A DNA stretch of 64,000 nucleotides from Amphiscolops sp. MND2022 (GCA_964187785.1 OZ076409.1:98892001-98956000); one strand, 5' to 3'. Shown: positions 32,639-45,235, counted from the stretch's first letter. The notes: generated by a model not told the origin, from the letters alone. Translations and numbers: made by a program.

Positions 32639-35600
32639 TAGATTCGCCACGACTCCAATTGAATGAAAAACTCCGTGTCCGACAATACATACTATCAGAC
32701 CCTTCAAACATATATTATACTGAATATTATACATCTGTTAAAGAAACATCATCAGCTGACTGGCAGCAGCAGATGAAGACTCCTCCCACCTCTCATACCA
32801 ATTTGCACCCTATGTCCACCAGACTACACAATGATACTACTACTATACGACTTATACCTCTTATTGATGACTACAACCCATACTACTCTGATCCAGACTA
32901 TGGTTTTGACCCCTATTGGGACGCTAATTACTACAATCAACATCATCTATACTTCTACCGTAATTTCAACAAACCGAGTCACAATATAGAACTAGATTCT
33001 TATGAAATTGACCAAGCCTTGAATACGGTCCTTATGAAAGCCAGAGTTGAACCATGGCAACATAACACTCCACCAGGATGTCAAACGACTCACACTGAGC
33101 CTGACGACGAATTTCACCAGGTGGGACCACATGTCTCTCTGACTACAGCAGTTGGCGCACGTTTTGTGAACACTCTAATCACAAGAACAGGTGAACCAGA
33201 CTATGTACCGCTCACGACCGGTCTTGGCCTCAAATACAAACGACGAATGCTCGATTTTCCAATGGATTTTGGCGAACTAACATTAGATGGCCTTGTAGAC
33301 ACGGGAGCCCTATCTAGTGCAATCCCAGAAGCTGATCTACGTAAACTCCGATTACTAGCCTCTCAGTCGATTGTCAAAGAGGGCCCGGCACCCAACTTCC
33401 AAATCATGGTTGCTAATGGGCAGCTGGAGACTCCGAAGAGCACTTACGAATTCAAATTTGAAGTCGGCGACATTGATTGAATTTCACGAAATATTCATAG
33501 TCATAGAAAAACTCACCAGTCCGTTGATTGGTCTTTCATTCCTTCTACGGAACAAAACCATTCTCGACATGAGACAAGGCGTCCTAAATTTTCCTTTCTT
33601 TTCGATGCAATTAAAGACTGCAGATCACAAATACACCAACGTCTTGGAACCCATTCGCATTAGAGAGGATGTAACCATCCCACCTGATGACCGACACTCG
33701 GTCCTTATGGCCTCACAACTGTACGAGAACACTACAGTTACTGGGATCCTTCAACCGAGCAACAACCTTACAGATGATGGCGATATTGCCTTCTGCGCTG
33801 CTCTAGTCACCTTGACCAACGGTCAGGTATTGGTTCATCTGAACAATTTCACTGACAGTCCGTACACTCTCAAAAGAGGTACACAAGTAGCTAACTTCAC
33901 TGTCCTAACTCCAGAACAGATGAAATATGTTAAACCTATCGACCCGGTGACCACATGGCACCTCCTACAGGACAACCCTGAAAACGCCGCTTATTATGCA
34001 AGCAGCTTGATCAAATCCACCAAACCTGAGGACTTCAAGGAAAACTACTGGTTTCCAACACCAGAAGACCCTGGGGACCCTCAGCATCCCACGCCTATTC
34101 AGAAAAGGATTTTGTCAGAACTAATTAGCCTACAGGAATAAGAGAAACTTAATCCTCAGGATGACTCTGAGTCCAGACTACAATTCTTGTCCAATTTTGA
34201 TTGGACAGATTCTATGCTACAACCAACTGAAATAGCTCGCATAGAAGATTTACTTGTCGAATTTCACGACATATTCGCAAGACATCGATTTGACATACGC
34301 ATGAATGAGGACTTCAAGGTCAAGTTAACACCGAAGGACGACTCTCCGGCCTATAGTCAGAGCTTAACAACTCAGATAAATCTCAAGGAGGACATCCTGG
34401 TGGAATTGGCTTTACTAAACCGTTATGAGATTATTACAACACTCCTATTCTCCAAATACGCGAGCCCAATATTTGCCCAGAAGAAACTCACTGGTAAATT
34501 ACGACTCCTAGTCGATTTGCGCAAAATTAACAATCTCATTTTGGATGACTATATCAACAATAACCATCCGGTCAGTACACTTACAGATGCAGCCCAACAA
34601 ATGGCCGGGAAAAAACTATTTTGTAATTTGGACTGCTCCCAAGCCTACCATTGCCTACAAATGGCAGACCAACAGTCCATTGAAATGCTCGCTTTGAATT
34701 TCGCCAGCAGGACCTTTGCGTACAGAAGATTGGCACAAGTAATCAGTAGAGCCCTATCGGCCTTCTCTAGTTTCTTGCGCGAATACTTAGACAAAGTCAT
34801 CAAAGCCGATCAATGTGCCCAATACGTCGATGATATTGGCATTGCTGCTAACGATGCCGAACAACAAATCAACAACCTGAGGGCCACTGTCCAGTGCATT
34901 CAGAAAGCAGGTCTAAAGCTTACCATGCATAAATGTCACTTTGGTGCAACGGAAATTGATTTTCTAGGACGTACGATCACTCCTGCCGGAGTAAAGCCGC
35001 AGAGACCTCGGGTCCAAAACTTCCTAGAAAATACGAAATTCCCGACATCTAAGAAAGCGCTACAACGCTACTTGGGATTTTTAAATTATTATCGAAACTA
35101 TATCCAAAGACTATCCGAAAAACTAACACCGTTTTTCAAACTGCTCACCAAAAATGAAAAAGTCCTTGTAACACCGGACCTATTGGAAAAATTCACCGAG
35201 ATAAACAAGGCTCTTGATCGATGTTGTGAACTGGCACTTAAACAGCCCTTACCGAACAAACAATTAGCCCTTGTGACAGATGCCAGCTTTTCGGCCGCGG
35301 GGTACGCAGTTCTCATCGAGGACGATCCGCTTGAAAAGTACACTTCCACAAGGAAGGCTTTCGCACCAGTAGCTTACGGATCCAAGACCTTTAGTCCTAC
35401 TCAATTGAAAATGTCCATCTATGCAAAAGAATTCTTGGCAATATTCTTTGCCTTTAAAGAATTCGGACATATCTTTTGGGGAACCCCAAAACCGGTGATT
35501 ATTTTGACGGACAACAAGTCCGTCACAAGATTTTTTCAGACAAAAATTATTCCGCCAACACTATGGAACGCTTGCGATTATGTCATTCAGTTCAATTTCA

Positions 35601-37747
35601 CCATAGCGCATATCCCAGGCAAAAACAACACAGTGGCTGACTACCTGTCGCGTCTAGAAATCTCACCAAAAGAGAAACTAATCCTCAGAATTAGGGAGGA
35701 TATCCCTACGACACCGATTGAACTACACGTCCAATAGGCCGGAGTTTCCGAAGAAGGACAAATCGTTTACACAGAAGATGACGACGAGACGGAAGAACAA
35801 ATTTTACAACGTAAAAATGACGCCAGGGCCCACCCAGCGAACCAATTACCTGACATTTCATTCGAAAAATTCACCACACACAAGAGTGATTATCATAAAC
35901 TTTCTACACTTCAAAAACTATCATACACGAACTCCCTAGCAGTCGAGCAAAACAACGACGTCATTTTACAACAGTTGCGCCTTAAAATTTTGAAGGAAAG
36001 CTATTCAGAGACCATCCTAGTCCAAGACACGCGTTACCAACATTACTGTCGCCAAATGGACCGACTGTCCGTTATTGACGAAATCATTACAAGACAGTAT
36101 TTTGACGAAAGAGGAGCTGTCAAATACAATCAAGTTCTATTACGAAAACATCTGGTCCAAGAACTACTTGAATCCCTACATGGCAAAGCTAATAAACACC
36201 CTGGAATATCCGAGATGCTCATAGAAATTCGCCAAAAATATTATTACCCTGGCATTGCAAAAATCGTTAAAAAATGGGTTCAAGGCTGGGAAACTTGCAT
36301 AAGATATAAAAGAATTCCCAACTCATCCATAACGCCCGAATTGCTAAATTTGCCTGAGTGGGACTTAGGTCCAGAAGATGCAATGCAAATTGATTTATTA
36401 CCGAACCTGCCCCCCAGCGGAGGTTACGAAAACATCATAACCGCAATGGATGTGTTTTCAAGATATCTTTTTGCATACCCAGTTACCGACGCTTCGGCCA
36501 CAAGCACGGCTAAGGTCATTATAGACATAATGACCAAACATACTTACTTGCCTACTACTCTGATCACGGACACGGGAACGGCCTTTACGTCCAAATTAGT
36601 CGCCGAAGTTGCTCAAATTTTGGGAATTAAAATAAAATGTGCAACTACAAAACATCCGCAAACAATTGGTAAACTGGAACGCACACATGCTAGCCTTAAA
36701 GCAAACCTCAAAATGGCCTCAGGGGACTATAGGCGTCAGTGGCATAATTAACTGCCACTAGCAGTAATAAATTACAATACGACTTATCACGCCACACTGG
36801 GCTGCGAACCATCTCGAATTTTTCATGGACGAATTCCATATAATATATTGGACCACAAACTTGGGCTCAATCCGAACCCCAAGGTCCTTCCGACTACAGA
36901 CTTTGCCGACGAATTCAAGCGGCGAGCGCAAATATAAATAGATACCACAAAGAAAAACATAATGCAGTCTCATTTGAAATACAAAGAATACTATGACCGG
37001 AAGGCCAAAACAGCGCCCTTACAACAAAATGATTACTGCTTTATTTTACAACCTATAGCTGATCACCAAGGATCGAAAACTCCATTCCGAGAATACCGAT
37101 GGATCGGTCCGTACGTTGTTGAAAAGGTTTTGCCGAATGAAAATTATCTCGTCAGGAAACTTAATTCAAACAAAACACAAATCCTACACCGAATTCGACT
37201 ATGCAAATATGAACCGAATACAGTCCTACAAGATATTCGACCGGAAGGCAATCTGCAACCGGATGATGAAATCGTTATTCCGCAAGATGACCTTTATGTC
37301 ATCACGTGGGAAACAAGTTTTGGAGAATTTCCCAATTCCGCTGACGAAATCACACTTCCGACAAGCCAAGATGGTCCAGGTACTTTTAATAATACTGGCA
37401 ATGATGCCTTGACGCCGGACGAAATTTTCACCGACGTGGACCTTAGGTCCACCGGGCCTCAGGAAAACGGCGGCAGGGCTCCAGCTGAAATTCTCACCGA
37501 CGAGGACCTAGGGTCCACCGGGCCTCACCAAAACGATGACTTAGCGTCGCTTGACAAAACCAGCTCAGATCGCATAAATGACTGGATTGACGATCAACAA
37601 TCACCAGGAGGAAGCAATACTATCGTGCCCGAAGTATCAGATGATGAAAATGATGACATGACTATAGAAAACAATAGTCCTAGGGGAGGAAAATATAACC
37701 TTCGACCTAACCCCACCCCCAACTTTACTGATGAATACAGATATTAA
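32638..37747 (+). pseudogene. pol: Pol of element B (protease, dUTPase-like spacer, RT, RNase H, integrase); one frameshift and three in-frame stops
   Basis: LVDTGA, LDCSQAY/YVDDIG, LVTDAS, LHGKANKHPG, IDLL/ITDTG/KLERTH, WIGPYVV; ATTG duplication 33472-33479; stops at 34139, 35735, 36749. Confidence 0.95.
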
Positions 37748-37931
37748 TCAGAACCGTAAATTGTTTGTCCCGAGGACAAATTTGCAAAAAATGTTTGCAA
37801 GGGACCTGACTGGCTAACACACAAAACAGAAGAGATAACTAGACTACAAATAAATCACAAACTGGTAGACTCAAAGTTTTCAAAGAAATATACAAAAAGA
37901 GACTACAAAGACAATTGTACATATCGTACAA

Positions 37932-38942
37932 TTAAGGATTATTTAAATTGGCATTCAGTCGTTCAGCGGATTCGGTTAGCTCTTGGTCAGAGATTAGATG
38001 ACTGCGACGCTTCCCAGGCTTGGGAACCATAAAAGTGGGACTAGCTTTGCTACTACTAGGCGCATCAACAACAGATGGGACCTTCGGTCTCTTGGACTTC
38101 CTTCCACTAATTGTCTCCTGGATCTCAAAACGTCCGAACTTATCCAATTCGTCCCAGGGACTGTAAGTATCTTTCAGCCCAGTTGCTCCAAAAGTGGGCT
38201 CCAAGGCAAGGAATCTGGCATCTGAAGCATCGGAAGTGAACACCTCTACTCCACGAGCAGCATTGATAAGATAAGACTGTAATGGAGTAATCACATCATA
38301 CATGGGACTTTTAGGATCATCAGTGTGGATTGTCCCGTACTTCACTGGAGGATAAGACAAACGAGGATCATCTAAGCACAAACAACTAAGCCGGAAAATC
38401 CTCATAAGATAAGGCCTGGACTTGTAGGCTTCTTGACCACGAACAAACTCAATAATATCTGGAATAAACAACTTTGGCTGCACAATGCTGGGATGATCCT
38501 TGCGGATCTCATCAAGGAACGAGAGGTACTCTTCAAAGTAAATTGATTCCTCGTCCGCAAGTAAGACTCCTCGCAATCGGAAGCTATTAAAGAACTGTCT
38601 GAAACAATAACTAGCTAGATCCACGGGGTCCACTAGCATCACGTCTAGATCAAACGATCCCAGCCCTCTAACAAAATCAGAGGTAAATTGCTGTGACTGT
38701 TGCGCTGTACCAAAAAGCGTGACTACATAACTGCGAGCTGTACGTCCAAATTCAATATTGAGGTTTTCAGTGACTTGATCAAGGGTCAACTTCTCATTTT
38801 TCTTCTCGGACATCTCGGCCTCTGCTTTTAATTTGCACGCTGACGTCAGTTTGTCGCACAATTTGGACCGAGAGAGAAAGTCGCTAACTCGCCCGGTATA
38901 CGAGATTCTCATGCATATCGTACGAAGCTCTGGCAGTCTCAT
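37932..38942 (-). CDS. Antisense accessory ORF (C-terminal part), 336 codons, helical; weak resemblance to the C-terminal region of hAT-like transposases
   Basis: 1-kb open frame with globular composition inside element B, convergent with pol. Confidence 0.65.
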   Translation of the reverse strand: MRLPELRTICMRISYTGRVSDFLSRSKLCDKLTSACKLKAEAEMSEKKNEKLTLDQVTENLNIEFGRTARSYVVTLFGTAQQSQQFTSDFVRGLGSFDLDVMLVDPVDLASYCFRQFFNSFRLRGVLLADEESIYFEEYLSFLDEIRKDHPSIVQPKLFIPDIIEFVRGQEAYKSRPYLMRIFRLSCLCLDDPRLSYPPVKYGTIHTDDPKSPMYDVITPLQSYLINAARGVEVFTSDASDARFLALEPTFGATGLKDTYSPWDELDKFGRFEIQETISGRKSKRPKVPSVVDAPSSSKASPTFMVPKPGKRRSHLISDQELTESAERLNANLNNP

Positions 38943-40209
38943 CTGCTACGACTCTCAAAACACTTGAGATCTGGTCTTCAGTTAGGGCGATGGTGGCGTG
39001 TCCCCTTAGCAATTCGACTGGGTCAGCCTTAGCAAAATATTCCTTCAACATCGAACGGCTGCTGACCTTGAGTGGCTCTGGCTTGCCAACATTCCTAGGA
39101 GGTGGTTCAGTTGAAAGACTTGAAGTCTCCTCTACCTCAACCATTGGGTTGTATCGCCCAGCAGTTAGGGCATCTGCCATGGTGGACCCGCAAGCGTTAG
39201 ATGACTCAGCGTCAGTACCAATATCGAAGTCAGAACTAGTGCACATTTGGCTTGGTTGTTCGTACTCACCACCCTTGTTGGGATTGTCATCCAGTGCAGT
39301 GGAAAGGTTGATGGACTATTCTATATGACTGTAGATTTGAAGCGTTGCATTGGATGTGACCGTTGGTCGCACTACCTTAGCCCGTTTCAAGGGACTACTG
39401 ATTGCACTAGAGCTACTCGAGGTCTGGCAAATTTTGGGCACATCAAGAAAAGAAACGTCTGGAGTCTTTTGTTGTAGTCGTTCAGGAGGCTTGACATTCT
39501 CTTGGGCAGGAGCAATTGTAAGCAGTTCACTCTCACTTTCCTTGGGCAAAGGTTCGTGACCTTCTGGGATTTCCTCTTCCACGGTCTCAGTTCCCAATTC
39601 CTGCATCGTGCGGGTAAAAAACGCCTGACAGCTCTCGTTTGACTCACTGCCATCTGAACCAAGCAGTTTGGACAAGGGTGAGTCTTCGACACGGGTGTGA
39701 GGCTGGCTCGACTCAGTGTCGATACCTTCTTGTGAGCTTGGACGGTCTCTGTTTGGTTCTTGAGGAGTCTGAGGCTGACTAGACTCAGCGTCCATATCCT
39801 CCTGTGGAAGCTGTCTGACGATGTCTGAAGCACAGCGGGTCTGCGATTGGCCAGGGCCAGTGTCCATGATTTCCTCTGAAGACAGGTTATTGTTGGCTGG
39901 TTCTTCGGAAGTCTGTGGCTCGCTAGACCTTGCGTCTGTAGCTTTGGACGATTGTTGTCCCTTAAGCACGAGTGGGACAGAGGCAAGTAATTGGTTGGGG
40001 TCAGCGGTATTTGGCTCAGCAATCGATAATTTGCTGCTGGTTGGAAGATCGGGAACAGCGTTGTTAGCTGACAATTCAGTGATTTCAGTCTTTTTCAACT
40101 CAGCTAAATCTTGATTTGGTTGGCCACCAGTCTCTTGTTCTAAATAGAAAGAAACGAATTTACGCGGTGTACTTCCTAAAAACAAATCCATTTTGCCGCA
40201 TTTTAACAA
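38884..40209 (-). pseudogene. Antisense accessory ORF (N-terminal part), S/E/P/Q-rich with internal repeats; in-frame stop at 39316-39318
   Basis: ORFs 39316..40209 and 38884..39246 share one frame; repeated D(A/T)ESSQP(Q/H)T units. Confidence 0.65.
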
Positions 40210-41314
40210 TCTTCCGGAAGTAAGTTATGAACAAACTAATGTTTCATTGTGAGAACATTTCAAATGGAGGAAGTAAATTAAGTCGACGTTAAACCTTGAT
40301 CAAGTTTGACTAAGACGAAATTAAAAGAACCAACCTGATGTTATCTCCATGTTGGGGAAACAGAATTCTCGTTCAAAATGGCTGATTGAAAAGGACGCGT
40401 TCTGTAGCTGCGATGATCTGACAATAAGAGCGAATATTTGGCTGAGGCTAGGGATACTCAAGGTCCCCGAATTGTGCTGGAAGGAATCAGTCGGAAGTAG
40501 TTTGCAATTAGATCTGACGTTGATGACCAATTTACTGAACTCAAGGCGTCGTCCCAGTCCAGGGAATTACTGAATATCAAGCACATATATCTTTGACCTT
40601 GACTGACTATTTCTAACGAATTATGAATGTAATAAATACTAATATTTCGACTACAAGTACAAAACGACTCATACTGTTAAGGACGTTTAATTGGCTAAAT
40701 TACAAATGGACGTCGTAGCTAGAATACTAACAATTAGTTACCATTCATCTTTGTTTCATTTCATTATCACAGTCCTCATGTCTTGAACCTGCCAGTGAAA
40801 GCCATGAAATTTCACTTTATTTCGCAATTGAAAGATGTAACACAATTATGTTCTTCACACTTTTCATCTTCTCTGCCTCATTTAGTCTCCATTTGTGTGA
40901 ATTATTATTTAATGAAACACCATTAGCCTTTGCTTGGATGAGGCTGGCCGGACCGTCGGTCTTTGATCGAGTTATTGTTTACCAGTCTTTAACACTAGTA
41001 AACACTCCCACTGACAATTAACAACTTACTAGTTGTTATGTAAATATGATGATACACTCTCAAGGACCAACTGAAAAACCATGCAACATACTATTGCTAT
41101 TTACGAAAACTTATAACTTTACTTAAAAGGAATCCGAGGAAAATCTGAGGAAACTCCCGGCTATGTTACCCCGCCTAAAAATTCCCGCGAATTTTTGCCG
41201 GGGATCTGAGGTCTGCCGAGCTAGAGCAAATCATTCAACTCAAATTCTTACTACGATCAAGCAACTTGACTCAAAATTGCTAAAAAGTTCCTTCTTACTA
41301 GATACCTCTCCGAA

Positions 41315-42148
41315 ATGTCTTTGCAATTCAATGTAGAGGAATTTATCCGCCCTCTGGTGAGCGATACTTATAATTCTTCCGATGAAGATATGGAAATAGA
41401 TGTAGTCTCAGTGCATGATGACCTAACTCAGGACGATGGGGCAGACAGTGACGTCGAAATTATCGCTTGCTATAGAGACGCCCCAGTGTATCCACCGCAA
41501 CTAGTAGCAGGACGCGCTATGACGACTGATTTTGATACATATGAACACAACCCTACTCAATCTCAATATGTACAATCTGGACCAGTGGCGTCAACCACGG
41601 ACCCTTCCGACAGCCTAATTGAGTGGTTGGTTGGTAGCCCTAACCAACGAACTTATAATGAAGAATACCCGCGACACCAAATTGCCCATTGTAGTGAATT
41701 GGAACCGATGCCGTATTCCCCAATGTCGCCACCATTGGCGGAACAGGGACCGTCAGTCAGTGAATATTATGGGGAATATCCTGAAGATCAGGGCCAAGAA
41801 TGTGACTGGATTAGGAACCCTCACATTACTGGAATGGCAATTAGTGCGAGCGGAATTTGTGGAACCCCCAATTATATCCAAAATGGCGGTTGCACTGTAT
41901 GCGGTAAATGGTACGCGACTATTCAAGAGGAAATTACGTTGGGATATTCAGAAAAAACTCACATTCCAGAGGAAAATTACATTCAAAGAATTCGAAGGAG
42001 AAATGCCTTCCAGGCTGGAATGAGAGCAGGCAGTGTTATTCTCGTCCCGGGGGGAGTGTCGCAAGCTGCCGCTTGTGACGGGAATTATTATCAAATACCC
42101 TCAGTAGACGATTTATCTAACCCCCCACCAGGAGTACTTCCCATATAG
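41315..42148 (+). CDS. 277-aa acidic accessory ORF reading through the PPT and ending inside the LTR
   Basis: ATG-initiated open frame; EIDVVSV and SDVEII motifs, CTVC; last ~30 codons lie in the LTR. Confidence 0.75.
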   Translation: MSLQFNVEEFIRPLVSDTYNSSDEDMEIDVVSVHDDLTQDDGADSDVEIIACYRDAPVYPPQLVAGRAMTTDFDTYEHNPTQSQYVQSGPVASTTDPSDSLIEWLVGSPNQRTYNEEYPRHQIAHCSELEPMPYSPMSPPLAEQGPSVSEYYGEYPEDQGQECDWIRNPHITGMAISASGICGTPNYIQNGGCTVCGKWYATIQEEITLGYSEKTHIPEENYIQRIRRRNAFQAGMRAGSVILVPGGVSQAAACDGNYYQIPSVDDLSNPPPGVLPI

Positions 42149-43382
42149 ACCATTTGATCACTGCGGACCGAAGGTACGGACGGCCTCACCTAAATTAAGG
42201 CAAAGATAGAGGAAATGCTTTCAGAACTTAAAGGACCTTAGGTCAATATGGCCACATCAAACAGTTGTGTTAAGTACAATCACAAAACACTCTACGCTAT
42301 GTACTTTCTTATTGCTTAATATTATAGTTAGTTTTGCTTGATTTACCAGTTGATTGTTGTTGAAATAGTAGTGTACCAAATGAATTGGAATTAGCAATGT
42401 GAAAGAATCAATTTGAATGATGTATTGGAATGCAATTAAAGCGCAGTAAGGAAACGTGTTCAAATGTACTGTTGCTGTGGCTGATTGTACGCAATGTCAA
42501 GTGCTATATTAGCCAATCAGAATAAACCAACTATACAATTGGTGACGCCGCGCGGACGTTACGTCCAATCTGGCGTAATTGACAATCATGCTGTTTGTGA
42601 TTATTCTGAATGACATGAAATGTTATTATTAGTATTATTAACATGTAAATAGCATATTCAGGTCTAATAAAATTCCTCCATGCAATATATACATGACCCG
42701 ATAGTCTTCAGCTACACCTCTTAGCCGCTTCTCTTTGATGCTATTTTTGTCTTTGTTAATTGTGACGAACTGGTGACGTAAGGTCCCTAGACTTGTCCTG
42801 AAACCCCATTCAGTGCTATTTTTAGAACCATGACCTGCATAATCCTGTGTGTCACCCTTGCCTAACTATAAATAGCAGGAACACCGGAGAGTAGGAACAA
42901 AACCTTCTACAATCTTGATACTGACAAGTTGATCTATTCTTTGCGCGATATTGAACCTTGCGTTTGTAACTCTACTGATACATACCTTATTGATTTGAAT
43001 TATCTTGTTGATTGATATTCACAAGTGACTTTGAAACTCAAATCCTTTTCTAATGCCTTCCACGAGAAAGCAAAAGGCTAAAGAGCGTCGCTCTAGACAA
43101 TTAGACATGTTGTCCGATGTGGAAAATGTTGACATAATGTTAGGAAGTTATTCACGAGATGAGGAAGAGAACATGACTAGTGGAAATGAAGTGAATTTGG
43201 ACTCTGGGTCAAGTAGGCCTCAGCAAAATTCTAATGTAATAGGAGAGGATTTCAGATCGCTACTCAACACAAATAGTAGAGAGAATAGTGGAAGTACTGT
43301 TGAAACTACTAGAATGATTAGCAAAGAAATTTCCAATCAAATGTCAAGGAAACTGAATGAGATCAGAAATAGCTTGAATTCC
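42057..43382 (+). repeat. Second LTR copy of element B, 3'-truncated
   Basis: Preceded by PPT CCCGGGGGGAG; matches LTR1 up to GAATTCC, then switches to internal sequence. Confidence 0.92.
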
Positions 43383-44141
43383 TTCTTACTAGATTCTCGA
43401 AATGTCTTTGCAATTCAATGTAGAGGAATTTATCCGCTCTCTGGTGAGCGATACTTATAATTCCTCCGATGAAGATATGGAAATAGATGTAGTCTCAGTG
43501 CATGATGACCTAACTCAGGACGATGGGGCAGACAGTGACATCGAAATTATCGCTTGCTATAGAGACGCCCCAGTGTATCCACCGCAACTAGTAGCAGGAC
43601 GCGCTATGACGACTGATTTTGATACATATGAACACAACCCTACTCAATCTCAATATGGACAATCTGGACCAGTGGCGTCAACCACGGACCCCTCCGACAG
43701 CCTAATTGAGTGGTTGGTTGGTAGCCCAAACCAACAAACTTATAATGAAGAAAACCCGCGACACCAAATTGCCCATTGTAGTGAATTGGAACCGATACCG
43801 TCTTCCCCAATGTCGCCACCATTAGCGGAACAGGGACCGTCAGTCAGTGAATATTATGGGGAATATCCTGAAGATCATTCCAAGAATGTGACTGGATTAG
43901 GAACCCTCACATTACTGGAATGGCAATTAGTGCGAGCGGAATTTGTGGAACCCCCAATTATATCCAAAATGGCGGTTGCACTGTATGCGGTAAATCGTAC
44001 GCGACTATTCAAGAGGAAACTACGTTGGGATATTTAGAAAAAACTCACATTCCAGAGGAAAATTACATTCAAAGAACTCGAAGGAGAAATGCCTTCCAGG
44101 CTGGAATGAGAGCAGGCAGTGTTATACTCGTCCCGGGGGAG
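43379..44141 (+). pseudogene. Duplicate of internal segment ~41288-42056 (accessory ORF copy with frameshifts, plus PPT)
   Basis: ORFs 43402..44037 and 43920..44192 reproduce the 277-aa ORF in two frames. Confidence 0.92.
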
Positions 44142-45168
44142 TGTCGCAAGCTGCCGCTTGTGACGGGAATTATTATCAAATACCCTCAGTAGACGATTTA
44201 TCTAACCCCCCACCAGGAGTACTTCCCATATAGACCATTTGATCACTGCGGACCGAAAGTACGGACGGCCTCACCTAAATTAAGGCAAAGATAGAGGAAA
44301 TGCTTTCAGAACTTAAAGGACCTTAGGTCAATATGGCCTAACTATAAACAGCAGGAACACCGGAGAGTAGGGACAGAATTTTCTACAATCTTGATACTGA
44401 CAAGTTGATATATTCGCGCGATATTGAACCTTGCGTTTGTAACTCTACTGATACATACCTTATTGATTTGAATTATCTTGTTGATTGATATTCACAATTG
44501 ACTTTGAAACTCAAATCCCTTTCTAATGCCTTCCACGAGAAAGCAAAAGGCTAAAGAGCGTCTCTCTAGACAATTAGACATGTTGTCCGATGTAGAAAAT
44601 GTTGACATAATGTTAGGAAGTTATTCACGAGATGAGGAAGAGAACATAGCTCGTGAAAATGAAGTGAATTTGGACTCTGGGTCAAGTAGGCCTCAGCAAA
44701 CTTCTAATGTAATAGGAGAGGATTTCAGATCGCTACTCAACACCAATAGTAGAGAGAATAGTGAAATTACTGTTGAAACTACTAGAATGATTAGCGAAGA
44801 ATTTTCCAATCAAATGTCAAGGAAACTGAATGAGATCAGAAATAGTTTGAATTCCCAAATACATGAGGCAATAAAGAGCGTAATGACAGAGACAGTGCTT
44901 CCTTCCATCCAAGACACATTAGGAACACATGGGAATATGAATTACATCACTATTGACCAAGAGTCCGTCGGGCCACACAAGAGCTCGAGCTCAACTAATT
45001 TTGTCTCAAGGGACCATAAGTCCAGTGGGCTACAGCGGAACTCCGAAGTAGGAAATGCACAAAAATCATGAGAAAATCGTCCCAGGAAGTGTTTTATCCA
45101 GGAAAACAGTAGACAAATGTCTCGTCAAAGTTCACTAGACTCTAATAAGAGTGAACAAAATCACGACA
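44142..45168 (+). repeat. Third (terminal) LTR copy, 1027 bp, with ~0.6-kb internal deletion
   Basis: ATATGGCC joined to GCCTAACTATAAA via GCC microhomology at ~44336-44338; ends CACGACA then TSD. Confidence 0.93.
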
Positions 45169-45235
45169 CTTGGAAGTCTTTTTGTTATTTTTGAGCCTGG
45201 AATATGGCGCCGACTTGGGCCGGTCCCGGCTTGTT
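45169..45235 (+). mobile_element. 3' end of the HINE interrupted by element B
   Basis: TTTGAGCC...ATGGCGCCGACTTGGGCCGGTCCCGGCTTGTT, nearly the same as 28021-28065. Confidence 0.85.

Larger units (their letters stand above)
30888..32641 (+). pseudogene. gag: Gag, starting inside the LTR; stop at 30975-30977 and frameshifting 13-nt deletion near 31441; capsid-like core and two CCHC knuckles
   Basis: MPS(A/T)RKQKAKE start in all LTR copies; LTR3 restores the frame into DMVTGANP; CNYCKKPGHIKDDC and CPTCDKTNHLAERC. Confidence 0.88.
29892..45168 (+). mobile_element. Ty3/Gypsy LTR retrotransposon B, full-length but decayed, with three LTR copies
   Basis: TGTCG...CGACA termini, 5-bp TSD CTTGG (29887-29891, 45169-45173), PBS, PPT, gag and PR-RT-RH-IN. 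Confidence 0.96.

Noticed and set aside
43053..43460. Novel chimeric gene at LTR2 junction
   Set aside because: Gag N-terminus runs out of frame into the duplicated segment and stops after ~25 codons; by-product of the rearrangement
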